A stretch of DNA of 64,000 nt from positions 608,001 to 672,000 of the forward strand of contig CAWCAG010000005.1 of assembly GCA_963793425.1 (NCBI GenBank), read 5' to 3'. Of the stretch, positions 62,696-64,000 are shown in pieces (position 1 is the first letter of the stretch; each line of letters begins with the position of its first letter). The notes beneath the pieces are model-generated. The model ran no database searches. It was given only the letters and a program-made list of their open reading frames with translations, and was not told the DNA's origin. This DNA comes from an uncultured cyanobacterium. Its GTDB lineage: Bacteria; Cyanobacteriota; Cyanobacteriia; Cyanobacteriales; CAWCAG01. The translations under genes were made by a program, and so were the position numbers.

Positions 62696-62730
62696 TGCAA
62701 GTCTAATAGATTAGTTCAAATAGACTTGCA
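62696..62730. terminator. Hairpin downstream of desB
   Basis: tgcaagtcta...tagacttgca. Confidence 0.45.
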
Positions 62731-63504
62731 AGAAGCGTCTTTTCTTTTGAGAATGCCCATTGCCGACACAACAAGGTCGGAATTAATTAATTGAGCAAAA
62801 GTTGAGATTGCTTGCTAGCTTTTTCCTTTCCCTTTGCCCCTCAAACAATGTACTTTTACTCAATCAAATAAAGAAAAATGGTATTTTCACCCTAACCATT
62901 GGAAACACAGTTGGGTTGTTTGTCTTGAATTCCCAGCAATTATTCAACAAGTTGAAATAAACTGCTTAACTAACTTAAAAAGCGTGGGGCAGGTTCTAGT
63001 CCGCTTCCACGCTGAGGAGATTGTCCCCTCTGGGTTTTATTACTATAAGGAAAGATTGAAATAGTGGCTCCAATGCTTTCACTACTAATTGAGCCATAAT
63101 CGACCCAATAAGAATCTTTTTTAAAGCTAGTTTGGATTGTGAATATCCCTAAAGCTAAGGCTAAAGTAGCAATGTTTTGAGTAGATGTCCCTAATAGAAT
63201 CACGATAATCTCCAAATGCAGTGATAATGGTTGTTCTCCCTTAATGCTTTGGTTTAAGCATCTGTTTTAACGGGTTTTAAACTATTCAGTTTAATTTTTG
63301 TCCTTGGTTTCTTTCGGTTGAGAAATGTCCCTTCATCACTAACTAAGTTTAATGCTAAGCGGTGATAATGAGTTCCGTATTAATACCCCTTTATAAAGTT
63401 TAAGCTAAGAAAGTTAGCATAATATATTTGTTTACATTCTTATTACTTAAAAATGTCATTAAGAAATTAAACAAAGTGGCTTATTAACTCTTTTTGTCCT
63501 AAAT

Positions 63505-64000
63505 TCACCCTGTAGATTGGGCAGTGTAATTGCGGCAATTATTGAGAAAATTAGTAGCAATTTCAGTGTTAAAACCGAAATGTAAATGTAGATAAGAAGC
63601 ATGAAGATTAGCTCGTTGCCACCCTTCAAATATTGCTGCACTTTGAGGATTTAAGGTTTGCATTTCCCATAAAGGCTGGGTTACGGAGGAAGTTAACTGG
63701 GAACGATGAAATTCATGTCCCCAGACTATTTTTCCTTGTTTAACCATGGAACTAGTACGTAAAGCCTTAGCTTTTCGATATCCTATTATCAAACTCTTTC
63801 CCATAGCAACGCCAGTGGGTAATACCCCTACCATAGGCCAATATTTTCCAGCAAAATCAACAATTTGCTGTCCCAAATACATTAATCCACCACACTCTGC
63901 ATAAATAGGTAAACCCTTTTCAATAGAAGCTTTTAGCTGCTTAAGGATTTGTTCATTTCCAGTTAGTTCTTGAGCAAAAACTTCGGGGAATCCCCCACCT
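63505..64000 (-). CDS. cobB: Cobyrinate a,c-diamide synthase, C-terminal part; runs off the right edge
   Basis: GGFPEVF, IYAECGGLMYLG, GHEFH, ASYLHLHF. Confidence 0.9.
   Translation of the reverse strand, partial: GGGFPEVFAQELTGNEQILKQLKASIEKGLPIYAECGGLMYLGQQIVDFAGKYWPMVGVLPTGVAMGKSLIIGYRKAKALRTSSMVKQGKIVWGHEFHRSQLTSSVTQPLWEMQTLNPQSAAIFEGWQRANLHASYLHLHFGFNTEIATNFLNNCRNYTAQSTG

Noticed and set aside
62834..63215. Two short overlapping convergent ORFs after desB
   Set aside because: May be gene debris, but I cannot assign a family

Overview
AT-rich cyanobacterial chromosome segment (more than 20 HIP1 GCGATCGC sites, apcF, ccmP, nblR, ho1, desA/desB, heptamer tandem repeats). It is probably from a marine or salt-tolerant strain (inference from the glucosylglycerate/sucrose phosphorylase). 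Most genes are housekeeping: hpt and gamma-TMT, glnA, PBP1A, purF/purL, ftsH, infB, dxr, cobB. Small accessory or decaying islets lie between them: a TrcR-like RHH repressor divergent from a leader ORF-terminator-truncated HNH-alr0857-like operon, a deleted DUF262+HEPN pair, an AbrB/Doc TA module, a NucS-like gene with an internal duplication, an mscL remnant cut at a MITE, and a TnpB-type right end. The most striking unexplained feature is an unannotated ~235-nt, apparently self-contained structured RNA gene at 18678-18921. It has a near-consensus promoter, a 15-18 bp terminal inverted repeat, two small hairpins, a ~110-nt long hairpin and a U-tail. This resembles a retron msr-msd, but no reverse transcriptase lies nearby. 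All family assignments come from motif recognition by eye; no searches were run.
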